64,000 nt of DNA from an uncultured Ignavibacteriaceae bacterium (GTDB lineage: Bacteria > Bacteroidota > Ignavibacteria > Ignavibacteriales > Ignavibacteriaceae). This document shows positions 29,727 to 39,240 of the stretch, piece by piece. The stretch is taken from positions 4,763 through 68,762 of the forward strand of contig CAZHBJ010000001.1 of NCBI GenBank assembly GCA_964530445.1, written 5' to 3'. The position numbers and the translations under genes were made by a program. Position 1 is the stretch's first letter; every line of letters starts with the position of its first letter. The notes beneath the pieces are model-generated. The model did not search any database and was not told where the DNA came from. It saw only the letters and a list, made by a program, of their open reading frames with translations.

Positions 29727-29727
29727 T

Positions 29728-30183
29728 ATGAATTTATTAAACGAAAATATTAAACAGCTTGCTTCAAAAAAAGCCGAAGAAGACGGGTTCTTTTTAATCG
29801 ATTGTGTAATCCGCGGCAACAACGCAAACAGAATAATCGAAGTTTTTATCGACGGAGAAAAAAATGTTTCCGCAGCAGACTGCGCAAAAGTGAGCGTAGA
29901 TATTGATAAGGAGTTGGAGAATTTACCGGATTTAGGTTCTTCTTATAGACTTGATGTCTCTTCTCCGGGTATCGACAGGCCGCTGAAGTTCCTAAAACAG
30001 TATCCTAAAAATATCAATAGATTCTTTGAGGTTAATTACAAAACTGATGATGCAGAAAAAAAGATGAAAGCTAAATTGGTTGGTATTGAAGGAAATGATT
30101 TGATATTTTTATTTAATAAAGACGAAGTAATAATTAATTTTAATAACATAAATAAAGCTAAAGTATTAGTAAGTTTTTCCTAA
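29728..30183 (+). CDS. rimP: Ribosome maturation factor RimP
   Basis: The track ORF starts at 29635 with a hydrophobic extension. I prefer the ATG at 29728 (MNLLNENIKQLASKKAEEDGFFLIDCVIRG...YRLDVSSPGIDRPL). Its position upstream of nusA is conserved. Confidence 0.8.
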   Translation: MNLLNENIKQLASKKAEEDGFFLIDCVIRGNNANRIIEVFIDGEKNVSAADCAKVSVDIDKELENLPDLGSSYRLDVSSPGIDRPLKFLKQYPKNINRFFEVNYKTDDAEKKMKAKLVGIEGNDLIFLFNKDEVIINFNNINKAKVLVSFS

Positions 30184-30198
30184 GGGAGGAATTGTAAA

Positions 30199-31449
30199 AT
30201 GAACGTAGATATCGTTGAATCCTTTGCGCAAATGGTAAGGGAAAAAGGCGTAGATAAAGATGTATTGGCAGCTATTATTGAAGAAATCTTCGGTATGCTG
30301 GTTAGAAAAAAGTACGGAGAAGATTCGAAATATGATGTTGTGGTAAATATGGACAAGGGAGATATCGAAATATTTTTGGAAAGAGAAATTGTCGATGAAG
30401 TTGAAGATCCGAATCTGCAAATAAGCATTGAAGAAGTTAATAAACGCGGCAACGAAGACGAACTGGAAGTAGGCGACGATTTTGTTGAAAAACTTGCACT
30501 GGCATCCTTTGGTAGAAGACTGATTACTTTAGCAAAGCAAGGTCTTAATCAAAAAATTAGGGAAATTGAGAAAGATATTATTTATAACGAATATAATGAG
30601 CTGTTGGGCGAAATAGTAGTAGGCGATATTTATCAGATAAGAAAAAATGATATTCTCGTAAATCATAATAAAAACGAACTGCTTTTACCTAGGCATGAAC
30701 AAATTCCTTACGAAAGATATAAAAAGGGAGAAACAATCCGCGCAATAGTAAAAGAAGTTAAAAAAAACAGCAGCGGTCCTTTGATTATTATATCGAGATC
30801 CGATAATACGTTTTTACGAAGATTATTTGAAATTGAGATTCCGGAAATTTACGATGGGATTATAGAAATTAAAGCTATTGCTCGAGAGCCCGGAGAAAGA
30901 GCAAAAGTTGCGGTGGAATCTCAAGATAACAGAATTGATGCAGTTGGCGCCTGTGTGGGAATGAAAGGCGTTCGTATTCATGCAATAGTAAGAGAATTAA
31001 ATAATGAAAATATTGATGTAATAAGTTATTCGGAAGACCCTGTTACATTTATTCAAAAATCATTGGCGCCCGCAAAACTAAAAAGGATTGAAGTGGATCC
31101 GGTGATGAAAAAAGCAGTTGTTACGGCAGACAGCGACCAGGTTTCGCTAATTGTAGGCAGGAATGGTGTTAACATCCGACTTGCAATGAAGTTGACAGGT
31201 TACGATATTGAAATATTGAGAGAAGAAAAACCGTTTGAAGAATATGAAGAAGATATTGAATTGATCGATTTGAAAGAAGAACTGGGAATTGATATTTATG
31301 ATTTGCTTATCAATAACCGTTACGATACGGCACTTGAAGTTTTAACTGCAGGCCCCGAAAAGTTAAAAGAAATAGAAGGTCTTGGTGAAGAAAAAATAGC
31401 CGAAATAATAGAAATTATTAAATCACAATTTGAAGAAGAAGAAGAATAG
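30199..31449 (+). CDS. nusA: Transcription termination/antitermination factor NusA
   Basis: 416 aa with S1 and KH domains: GEIVVGDIYQIRKNDILV and DAVGACVGMKGVRIHAIVRELNNENIDV. Confidence 0.95.
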   Translation: MNVDIVESFAQMVREKGVDKDVLAAIIEEIFGMLVRKKYGEDSKYDVVVNMDKGDIEIFLEREIVDEVEDPNLQISIEEVNKRGNEDELEVGDDFVEKLALASFGRRLITLAKQGLNQKIREIEKDIIYNEYNELLGEIVVGDIYQIRKNDILVNHNKNELLLPRHEQIPYERYKKGETIRAIVKEVKKNSSGPLIIISRSDNTFLRRLFEIEIPEIYDGIIEIKAIAREPGERAKVAVESQDNRIDAVGACVGMKGVRIHAIVRELNNENIDVISYSEDPVTFIQKSLAPAKLKRIEVDPVMKKAVVTADSDQVSLIVGRNGVNIRLAMKLTGYDIEILREEKPFEEYEEDIELIDLKEELGIDIYDLLINNRYDTALEVLTAGPEKLKEIEGLGEEKIAEIIEIIKSQFEEEEE

Positions 31450-31471
31450 CTAAATAATAGGTATAGCAAAT

Positions 31472-34114
31472 ATGTCGGAAACTAAAACGAAAAAAGTTCG
31501 AGTTTACAAATTAGCATCCGAGTATAATTTATCGGCTGAAAATCTTGTGGAATTTTTAGTTAAAAAAGGTCACAAGGTAAAATCGCATATGTCTATCCTT
31601 AATGAAGAAATGATCAACGACATAAACGACCATTTTAAAAAGGATATTGAGAAAGCTGAAAAACATTATAAAAAGGTTGCGGAATTTAATAAGAAAAGAA
31701 GCGAAAAAGCCGAAGAGGAAGAAAAAGCTGCTGCCGTAGAAGAAGAAAAAGTTTCGGAAGAGACTGCAGAAGTTGCAATTACATCTGAAGAAGAAAAGAA
31801 AACGGAAACAATTCAAGAGGAAGCTAAACCTGAAGAAACAAAGATAGAGGAAGCAAAAGAAGTTCCTGTTGAAGATAAGCATGAAACATCCGAGGAAGAA
31901 AAAAATGTAGAAGAAGTTGAAAAAGAAGAGAAAGAAGCACCCGCGGAGGCAAAAACAAAACAGTTTATTTCCCCTAAAGAACAGGAAGCCGCCCGTAAAA
32001 AAGGATTGAAAGTAGTTGGCAAGATTGATTTGGGTATAGATGATAAATCAGAGAAAAAACAAGGCGTTTCGGAGAATGGAGACTCTTCTTCAGCCAAACG
32101 TGAAGCTACCAAGAAACGTAAAAAACCGAAAGCTAAAAAGAAAGCGGGTGATTTAACATCGGATGAGCCTCAAATTACTAAAAAGAAAAAAAGAGTAAAG
32201 AAATTTGAAATTGATCAGAAAGAAGTTAAAGAAGCTATTAGAAAAACGCTGTTAAGCATGGATGATTCGGTTTTATCCGGCAGAGCAATTCAAAGGAAAA
32301 AGAAAAGAAAAGAAAGAGAAGCCGAGGAGGAAAGGAAGCAGGAGCTTAAAGCACTTGAAAAAAATAAAATATCGGTTACCGAATTTATTGCTGTAAACGA
32401 ACTGGCAAATTTAATGAATGTACCGGTTAGCGATGTTATTACAAAATGTATAGAACTTGGACTAATGGTTTCGATAAACCAGAGACTGGATGTAGAAACT
32501 ATTACTCTGGTAGCAGATGAATTTGGATTCGAGGTAGAATTTCAAAAAGAATATACTTCCGAAGCACTGGAAGATACAGTGGACGAACCTGAAACTCTTC
32601 AGGGCCGTTCCCCGGTTGTGACTATAATGGGACATGTAGATCACGGGAAAACTTCACTGCTGGATTATATAAGAAGTACTAATGTAGTTGCCGGTGAATC
32701 CGGAGGAATAACACAGCACATAGGCGCTTATAAGGTTGATGTGGGTAACGGTAAGTTTATAGCGTTTCTCGATACTCCCGGTCACGAAGCATTTACGGCA
32801 ATGAGAGCCCGCGGTGCTCAATTAACGGATATTGTTGTTCTTGTTGTTGCTGCTGATGACGCGGTTATGCCTCAAACAGTTGAAGCTATAAATCATGCCC
32901 AGGCTGCAAATGTACCGATAGTAATTGCAATAAATAAAATTGATAAGCCCGGCGCAAATATTGAGAAGATTAAGCAGCAGTTAGCTGAGAGAAATATTTT
33001 GGTAGAGGACTGGGGCGGTAAATATCAGTGTGTTGAGATTTCAGCTAAATCAGGTTTAAATGTAGATAACCTTTTGGAAAAAATCTTGCTTGAAGCTGAA
33101 ATTCTTGATTTGAAAGCCAACCCGGAACGCAATGCGCGCGGCGTTGTTGTAGAATCAGAACTTGATAAGGGAAAAGGAATTACCGGTACTATTCTCGTCC
33201 AAAAAGGAACTTTAAAGATCGGAGATCCGTTTGTCGCAGGTATTTATCAAGGCAAAGTAAGAGCAATGTTCGATGAAAGAGGGAAAAAAGTTTCGGAAGC
33301 TCCACCTTCCACTCCTGTACAGGTATTAGGCTTTGAAGGAGCACCGCAGGCAGGCGATACATTCGTGGTTGTGGAATCCGACAGGATGGCGAGAGAAATC
33401 GGATTAAAAAGACAGCAGCTAAAGCGCGAACAGGACCAGAAACAAGTGCACCATATTACTCTTGATGAAATAGCGAAACAAATTAGTATCGGCGGGGTAA
33501 AAGAACTTCCTTTAATTGTTAAAGGCGATGTGGATGGTTCCGTTGAAGCTTTGTCCGATTCTTTAATGAAATTATCCAACGAAGAAGTGATTGTTCGAGT
33601 AATTCATAAAGGTGTAGGCGGTATTTCTGAAAGCGACGTTCTGCTTGCTTCGGCTTCACAAGCCATAATCCTGGGCTTTCATGTAAGACCGAACTTAAAT
33701 GCAAGAAAATTAGCCGAAACACAAAATGTAGATATACGATTGTATAATGTTATATATGATGCTATAAATGAAGTTAAATCTGCATTAGAAGGGCTCCTTT
33801 CTCCGGTACTTTCAGAGGAAGTTACTGCTACCCTGGAAATTAGAGAAACATTTAAAGTCCCTAAGTCCGGTACAGTTGCCGGATGCTATGTGCACGACGG
33901 TAAAATTACACGTAACAGTAAAGTTAGACTTATACGCGATGGAATTGTTGTTCATGAAGGTGAAATTGCATCACTTAAACGTTTTAAAGATGATGTAAGA
34001 GAGGTAGATTCCGGTTATGAATGCGGGCTAAATATTGCCAACTTTAACGATCTTAAAGTAGGTGATACAATTGAAGCATTCAAGATAATTGAAACCAAGA
34101 AAAAACTGGCTTAA
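31472..34114 (+). CDS. infB: Translation initiation factor IF-2
   Basis: 880 aa with a K/E-rich N-terminal region. GTPase motifs: GHVDHGKTSLLD, DTPGHEAF, NKID. Confidence 0.95.
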   Translation: MSETKTKKVRVYKLASEYNLSAENLVEFLVKKGHKVKSHMSILNEEMINDINDHFKKDIEKAEKHYKKVAEFNKKRSEKAEEEEKAAAVEEEKVSEETAEVAITSEEEKKTETIQEEAKPEETKIEEAKEVPVEDKHETSEEEKNVEEVEKEEKEAPAEAKTKQFISPKEQEAARKKGLKVVGKIDLGIDDKSEKKQGVSENGDSSSAKREATKKRKKPKAKKKAGDLTSDEPQITKKKKRVKKFEIDQKEVKEAIRKTLLSMDDSVLSGRAIQRKKKRKEREAEEERKQELKALEKNKISVTEFIAVNELANLMNVPVSDVITKCIELGLMVSINQRLDVETITLVADEFGFEVEFQKEYTSEALEDTVDEPETLQGRSPVVTIMGHVDHGKTSLLDYIRSTNVVAGESGGITQHIGAYKVDVGNGKFIAFLDTPGHEAFTAMRARGAQLTDIVVLVVAADDAVMPQTVEAINHAQAANVPIVIAINKIDKPGANIEKIKQQLAERNILVEDWGGKYQCVEISAKSGLNVDNLLEKILLEAEILDLKANPERNARGVVVESELDKGKGITGTILVQKGTLKIGDPFVAGIYQGKVRAMFDERGKKVSEAPPSTPVQVLGFEGAPQAGDTFVVVESDRMAREIGLKRQQLKREQDQKQVHHITLDEIAKQISIGGVKELPLIVKGDVDGSVEALSDSLMKLSNEEVIVRVIHKGVGGISESDVLLASASQAIILGFHVRPNLNARKLAETQNVDIRLYNVIYDAINEVKSALEGLLSPVLSEEVTATLEIRETFKVPKSGTVAGCYVHDGKITRNSKVRLIRDGIVVHEGEIASLKRFKDDVREVDSGYECGLNIANFNDLKVGDTIEAFKIIETKKKLA

Positions 34115-34222
34115 TATTTTTCAAGCTTTTTATATTCTGATATGGTATAATAATTTAGTTTCGGAATAAATTTTTTTTGAATTTTTGTAAAGTTAGATGC
34201 CGGTTCGAAAGGAGATGAGAAA

Positions 34223-34591
34223 TTGACGCATAGAATAGATAGAGTTGAACATCTGATTAAAGAAGAAATTAGTTTGATCCTTTTGTATAAACTACCGGAC
34301 AAATTGCAGGACTCCTCTTTCGGCTTTGTTACGGTTACTTCCGTAAAGGTCAGCCCCGATCTTAAAATTGCAAAAATTTACATTTCCGTGCTGGAAAAAG
34401 ATAAACGCGATTCATCTTTAGATAAAATCAAATCTGTTTCCGGCTTTATCCGCTCCGAACTTGCTTCAAGAATAAGAATAAAGTTTGTACCTGAGTTGAA
34501 ATTCTTTATTGACGATACCAGTGACTATGTGGAAAAGATTGAAGGCTTAATTAAACAAATTCACGAAAATGATAATAAGGGAAACGACTGA
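34223..34591 (+). CDS. rbfA: Ribosome-binding factor A
   Basis: 122 aa with a TTG start preceded by AGGAG. Sequence R(I/V)DRVEHLIKEEIS...VTVTSVKVSPDLKIAKIYISV. Conserved position after infB. Confidence 0.85.
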   Translation: MTHRIDRVEHLIKEEISLILLYKLPDKLQDSSFGFVTVTSVKVSPDLKIAKIYISVLEKDKRDSSLDKIKSVSGFIRSELASRIRIKFVPELKFFIDDTSDYVEKIEGLIKQIHENDNKGND

Positions 34592-35270
34592 TTATTCAAA
34601 TTTAGATTTTCAATCCGGAGAAGTTATTCTTGTTGACAAGCCTGTTGGCTGGACTTCATTTAAAGTTATCTACGAAATAAGAAAAGCTATCGGAGTAAAA
34701 AAAGTCGGTCATGCAGGTACTCTTGATCCTCTTGCCTCCGGTTTGCTTATAATATGTACCGGGCGAAAAACAAAAGAAATAGAGAAATATCAATTTTTTG
34801 AAAAAACTTATACCGGCACTATCTTATTAGGAAAATCTTCGCCCTCAATGGATTTGGAAACCGAAATTATTCATGAAAGTTCTTTAGAAGAAATAACAGA
34901 GTTTAAAATTTTATCGGTACGGAATACTTTTTTAGGTGATATATTTCAAGTTCCGCCCATGTATTCGGCAATTAAGTATAAAGGAAAATCACTTTATAAA
35001 TTAGCTAGAAAAGGAAAAACCGTAGAAAGACAGCCGAGGAAAGTAAACGTTTCAAAATTTGAAATAAAAAGCATTTCCCTGCCTTTCGTTAATTTTGAAA
35101 TAACATGCAGCAAAGGTACTTATATTCGGGTTATTGCCAATGACTTTGGAGAAAAGCTGGGTTGTGGAGCTTTATTAAGTTCATTAAGAAGAATAAATAT
35201 AGGGGAATACTCGGTAGGAAGCGCGGTAAATATTGATGATTTTGTAAAAAAGTTTAAAAAATGTAATTAA
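34569..35270 (+). CDS. truB: tRNA pseudouridine(55) synthase
   Basis: 233 aa. Catalytic motif VGHAGTLDPLASGLLI. It overlaps rbfA by 23 nt. Confidence 0.9.
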   Translation: MIIRETTDYSNLDFQSGEVILVDKPVGWTSFKVIYEIRKAIGVKKVGHAGTLDPLASGLLIICTGRKTKEIEKYQFFEKTYTGTILLGKSSPSMDLETEIIHESSLEEITEFKILSVRNTFLGDIFQVPPMYSAIKYKGKSLYKLARKGKTVERQPRKVNVSKFEIKSISLPFVNFEITCSKGTYIRVIANDFGEKLGCGALLSSLRRINIGEYSVGSAVNIDDFVKKFKKCN

Positions 35271-35378
35271 AATCCTGCAGGATATCTGAAGTAGTGAAAT
35301 TTGGCGGTGATATATTCACTTCTTTTTAACCCAAAAAAAGCGTATATTAGCAGACTTTAGTTTATGTAAGATATTGTT

Positions 35379-36323
35379 ATGGAAGTATTTAATAGTTTAT
35401 CCGAAGTACAAAAGAATAAAAATACGGTTATTACCTTAGGCACATTTGACGGTATTCATCTTGGCCATAAGAAAATAATTGAAGGGGTAATTAAAAAAGC
35501 TGAAAAGCTAAATGCCAGAAGTTTTTTAATAACTTTTAATCCCCATCCTCGTAGTATAGTTTCAAAAGGACATTCTATAAAATTATTGCATACACTGGAA
35601 GAAAAAATTGATATTCTAAAAGATTTGGGAATACAAAATCTTTTAATTATAAAATTTACTCAGGAATTTTCACAGCTTAGCTCGGAAGAATTTGTAAAAA
35701 ATTATATAATAAATGGAATAGGGCTAAACGAAATTGTTATAGGCTATGATCACCATTTCGGAAAAGGCAGAGGCGGAGATGAACAAACATTAAGAGAAAT
35801 GGGTAAGGAATTTGATTTTAACGTTACAAAGGTTGATGCTGTAAATATTAACGGTACTTCGGTAAGCAGTACAAAAATAAGAAATGCCCTGGCTGATGGT
35901 AATATTAATATGGCCAATTCGTTTTTAGGAAGATATTATTCATTTAATGGTAAGGTAATTAAAGGCGATGGAAGAGGAAGAACATTAGGTTTCCCTACGG
36001 CAAATATAAAATTGAATAATGAAAATAAATTACTGCCTGCCATTGGCATTTACGCTGTTGAACTTATGATGACGAACGAAAAGCATTTCGGTTTAATGAG
36101 TATAGGCAAAAGACCGACTTTCTATAATGAAGGTCAGCTGACAACTGAAATTTATATATATGACTTCGACAGGGATATTTATAATGAAAATGTTACCGTT
36201 AAAGTTATTGAAAGAATTAGAGGTGAAGAAAAATATTCGTCACCCGAAGAGCTTGTTGCTCAAATGAAAAAAGACAAAGAAGCCGGAGTGGAAATAATGA
36301 GCCGTCTTCAGATGGAGTTTTGA
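35379..36323 (+). CDS. ribF: Bifunctional riboflavin kinase / FMN adenylyltransferase
   Basis: 314 aa. Motifs: LGTFDGIHLGHKKII and GRTLGFPTANI. Confidence 0.9.
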   Translation: MEVFNSLSEVQKNKNTVITLGTFDGIHLGHKKIIEGVIKKAEKLNARSFLITFNPHPRSIVSKGHSIKLLHTLEEKIDILKDLGIQNLLIIKFTQEFSQLSSEEFVKNYIINGIGLNEIVIGYDHHFGKGRGGDEQTLREMGKEFDFNVTKVDAVNINGTSVSSTKIRNALADGNINMANSFLGRYYSFNGKVIKGDGRGRTLGFPTANIKLNNENKLLPAIGIYAVELMMTNEKHFGLMSIGKRPTFYNEGQLTTEIYIYDFDRDIYNENVTVKVIERIRGEEKYSSPEELVAQMKKDKEAGVEIMSRLQMEF

Positions 36324-36388
36324 AAATAAATAATTAATCCCGGTTGTTTCTGGGGTTATATCGTACAATAAAAAAGGATAAATGTAAA

Positions 36389-36652
36389 ATGACAAAAGAA
36401 GAAAAACTTGAATTAATTAAAAAGTTCGGAAATAATGATAAGGATTCCGGTAAGCCGGAAGTTCAAATAGCTCTTTTAACAAAAAGAATAAATGATTTAA
36501 CCGAGCATTTTAATGTTCATAAGAAAGACCACCATTCAAGAAGAGGACTTATGATGATGGTTGGAAAAAGAAGAAGACTTTTGGATTATCTCGCAGCAAA
36601 GGACATTGAGAGATACAGATCGGTTATTAAAGAGTTAAACATTAGAAAGTAA
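36389..36652 (+). CDS. rpsO: 30S ribosomal protein S15
   Basis: The track ORF starts at 36344. The ATG at 36389 gives the canonical 87-aa protein [52 protein letters not shown]. Confidence 0.9.
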   Translation: MTKEEKLELIKKFGNNDKDSGKPEVQIALLTKRINDLTEHFNVHKKDHHSRRGLMMMVGKRRRLLDYLAAKDIERYRSVIKELNIRK

Positions 36653-36662
36653 AGGAAATTAA

Positions 36663-38774
36663 ATGGTAGTAAAAAAAGAAGTTGAAATCGGCGGTAAAAC
36701 ATTTTCGATTGAAACCGGGCTGCTTGCCAAGCAGGCTAACGGTGCAGTTATGGTTAGGTACGCGGATACTATGGTTTTGGTTACGGCGGTTGCCACGGAA
36801 GAAGCTAAAGAAGATCAGGACTTCTTCCCTCTTCAAGTTGAATATAGAGAAAAAACTTCAGCTGCGGGTAAATTCCCGGGCGGTTATATTAAGAGAGAAG
36901 GCCGTCCAAGTGAAAAAGAAATATTGAGTGCAAGATTAATCGATCGTCCGATTAGACCTCTTTTTCCCAAGGATTTTAAGAACGAGACTCAGGTTATTGC
37001 ATTCGTTTTTTCTCACGACGGCGAGAATGATGCCGATATTTTAGGTGCCGTCGGCGCTTCTGCCGCTTTAACTATTTCGGACATTCCTTTTGACGGACCT
37101 ATGGCTGAAGTTAGAGTCGGAAGAGTGAACGGTGAATTTGTAGTTAATCCTACCACCCAGCAAATAAAAGAAAGCGATATCGAATTAGTTGTGGCAGGCA
37201 CTGCCGATTCGATTATGATGGTGGAAGGAGAATCGAAAGAAATAGGTGAAAGCGACCTACTTGATGCGCTTAAATTTGCACAGGCTGAAATTAAAAAGCT
37301 CATTCAAATTCAGTTGGAACTTAAAGCCGAAGTAGGTAAAACCAAATGGGAAGTAGCTCCGGTTGAAGTAGACGAAGCATTAAAAAAAGATGTTTACAAC
37401 TTAGCCTATGAAAAATTTAAAGAGATTGTTTATTCGGTTCTTGCAAAAGAAGAGAGAAGTTCAAAAAATAAAGAACTTTCGGCATTTGTAAATGAATCCC
37501 TTGCTGAAAAATATCCCGAACAGGAAAAAATTATCGGTGAGATTCTTCACGATCTTGAAAAAGATTTAATGAGAAATAGAATTCTAAGCGAAGGTATGCG
37601 TCTGGACGGAAGAAATACAAAGCAGATTCGACCGATTTCGATAGAACTTGGACTATTACCAAGAACCCATGGTTCGGCATTATTTACAAGAGGTGAAACT
37701 CAAAGTTTAACAACCGTTACCCTCGGTACAAAAAGCGATGAGCAGATAATTGACGGTCTGCTTGAAGAGTATTCCAAAAAATTTATGCTTCACTACAATT
37801 TCCCGCCGTTTAGTGTTGGCGAAGTCGGTAGAATATCTGGTGTTGGCAGAAGAGAAATCGGTCATGGAAATTTAGCTGAAAGAGCATTAAAAGTTTTAAT
37901 GCCGCCGGAAGAGACTTTTCCGTATACAGTGCGTGTTATTTCGGATATCCTTGAATCGAACGGTTCTTCTTCCATGGCAACTGTTTGCGCAGGGTCTCTT
38001 GGTTTAATGGATGCCGGTGTTCCTTTAAGCAAGCCCTGTGCCGGCATTGCAATGGGATTGGTAAAAGAAGGTGAGAACTTTGCTATCCTTTCCGATATTC
38101 TGGGTAATGAAGACCATCTCGGCGATATGGATTTTAAAGTTGCCGGTACCTCCGACGGAATTACTGCCTTTCAAATGGATATAAAAATCCAGGGCATTTC
38201 ATTTGAGATTATGGAGATAGCTCTGGCTCAGGCAAAAGAAGGCAGAATGCACATTCTTGGTATAATGAATGAATCAATTCAGTCTCCGCGCGGTTCTTTA
38301 TCATCTTTTGCTCCAAGATTGATAACCATGAAGGTCGATACCGATCAGATTGGTTTGATAATCGGACCCGGCGGTAAAACTATTCAGGGAATGCAGAGAT
38401 TATTCGGTGTTGATATCAACATCGACGATGACGGAACAGTTAATATTGCTTCTCCAAATAAAGAGAACGCTGCTAAATGTAAAGAGTATATTAAGAAATT
38501 AACGGCAACACCGGAAATTGGCGAAGTGTATGAAGGTGTAATTACCAAAATTATGGATTTCGGCGCATTTGTCGAAATACTTCCCGGTAAAGAAGGATTA
38601 CTGCATATTTCGCAAATTGATAATAAAAGAGTAAATAAAGTAACCGATTATTATAAAGAAGGAGATAAGGTTACGGTTAAGCTTATTAAAATGGAAAACG
38701 GTAAGTTTTCATTAAGCAGAAAAGAATTACTCAAAGAAAATAATCACGAACAAACTGCTCCTTCGGAGAAATAG
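36663..38774 (+). CDS. pnp: Polyribonucleotide nucleotidyltransferase (PNPase)
   Basis: 703 aa. Two RNase PH domains plus KH and S1 domains (GEVYEGVITKIMDFGAFVEILPGKEGLLHISQI). Confidence 0.95.
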   Translation: MVVKKEVEIGGKTFSIETGLLAKQANGAVMVRYADTMVLVTAVATEEAKEDQDFFPLQVEYREKTSAAGKFPGGYIKREGRPSEKEILSARLIDRPIRPLFPKDFKNETQVIAFVFSHDGENDADILGAVGASAALTISDIPFDGPMAEVRVGRVNGEFVVNPTTQQIKESDIELVVAGTADSIMMVEGESKEIGESDLLDALKFAQAEIKKLIQIQLELKAEVGKTKWEVAPVEVDEALKKDVYNLAYEKFKEIVYSVLAKEERSSKNKELSAFVNESLAEKYPEQEKIIGEILHDLEKDLMRNRILSEGMRLDGRNTKQIRPISIELGLLPRTHGSALFTRGETQSLTTVTLGTKSDEQIIDGLLEEYSKKFMLHYNFPPFSVGEVGRISGVGRREIGHGNLAERALKVLMPPEETFPYTVRVISDILESNGSSSMATVCAGSLGLMDAGVPLSKPCAGIAMGLVKEGENFAILSDILGNEDHLGDMDFKVAGTSDGITAFQMDIKIQGISFEIMEIALAQAKEGRMHILGIMNESIQSPRGSLSSFAPRLITMKVDTDQIGLIIGPGGKTIQGMQRLFGVDINIDDDGTVNIASPNKENAAKCKEYIKKLTATPEIGEVYEGVITKIMDFGAFVEILPGKEGLLHISQIDNKRVNKVTDYYKEGDKVTVKLIKMENGKFSLSRKELLKENNHEQTAPSEK

Positions 38775-38780
38775 ATATTG

Positions 38781-38815
38781 TACCGGATTTATTCTTCCGG
38801 TATTCTTTATTTTGT
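38781..38815 (+). terminator. Rho-independent terminator after pnp
   Basis: TACCGG-(10 nt)-CCGGTA followed by TTCTTTATTTTG, beginning 7 nt after the pnp stop. Confidence 0.65.
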
Positions 38816-39240
38816 AGCATGTACTTAACCCGGCTAAATGATTGGGTTTCTGATTCGTTTAAGTTTTTAAGAAAGTTAAATAGTAAACTTTATAAGTAAA
38901 TAAATTTTTTTCGTTAAAAAATTGAATACGGCAACCGGTAAATAGGCAAGATACTATTTTACATGCTAATTACAATTTTAAAGACAGATTACAATAATTT
39001 TTACCTATTAGGTAAAGGATATTTTAAGTTTTAAGCAAAAATTAGGCTTTTCCGTGATAAAAGGAACAAATAACATATTTCTTCTCTTTTACCTGCTTCT
39101 TTATATCAAAATTTATAAAGAAAGTACGGCTGAAACATCCGGAATGGAATTTCAATATAGCTATTTAAATGGAATGGCCTGTAACATATTCAAAATTTTT
39201 AAAGTGAAATACAACATTTCATCAAACGAGTTTAGTTTAT

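Noticed and set aside
29379-29822. 147-aa minus-strand ORF spanning the divergent LolA-like/rimP intergenic region
   Set aside because: It has an extremely I/K/N/F-rich, low-complexity translation. It overlaps the LolA-like gene's 5' end and the rimP leader and start. It looks like AT-rich non-coding DNA read through by chance.
31700-32350. Repetitive GAA/AAA-rich DNA in infB. Similar tracts occur in ftsK around 43440-43700 and in the rodZ-like gene around 17690-17810.
   Set aside because: They are in frame and encode K/E/P-rich low-complexity linkers typical of IF-2, FtsK and RodZ. They are not tandem-repeat elements or mobile DNA.
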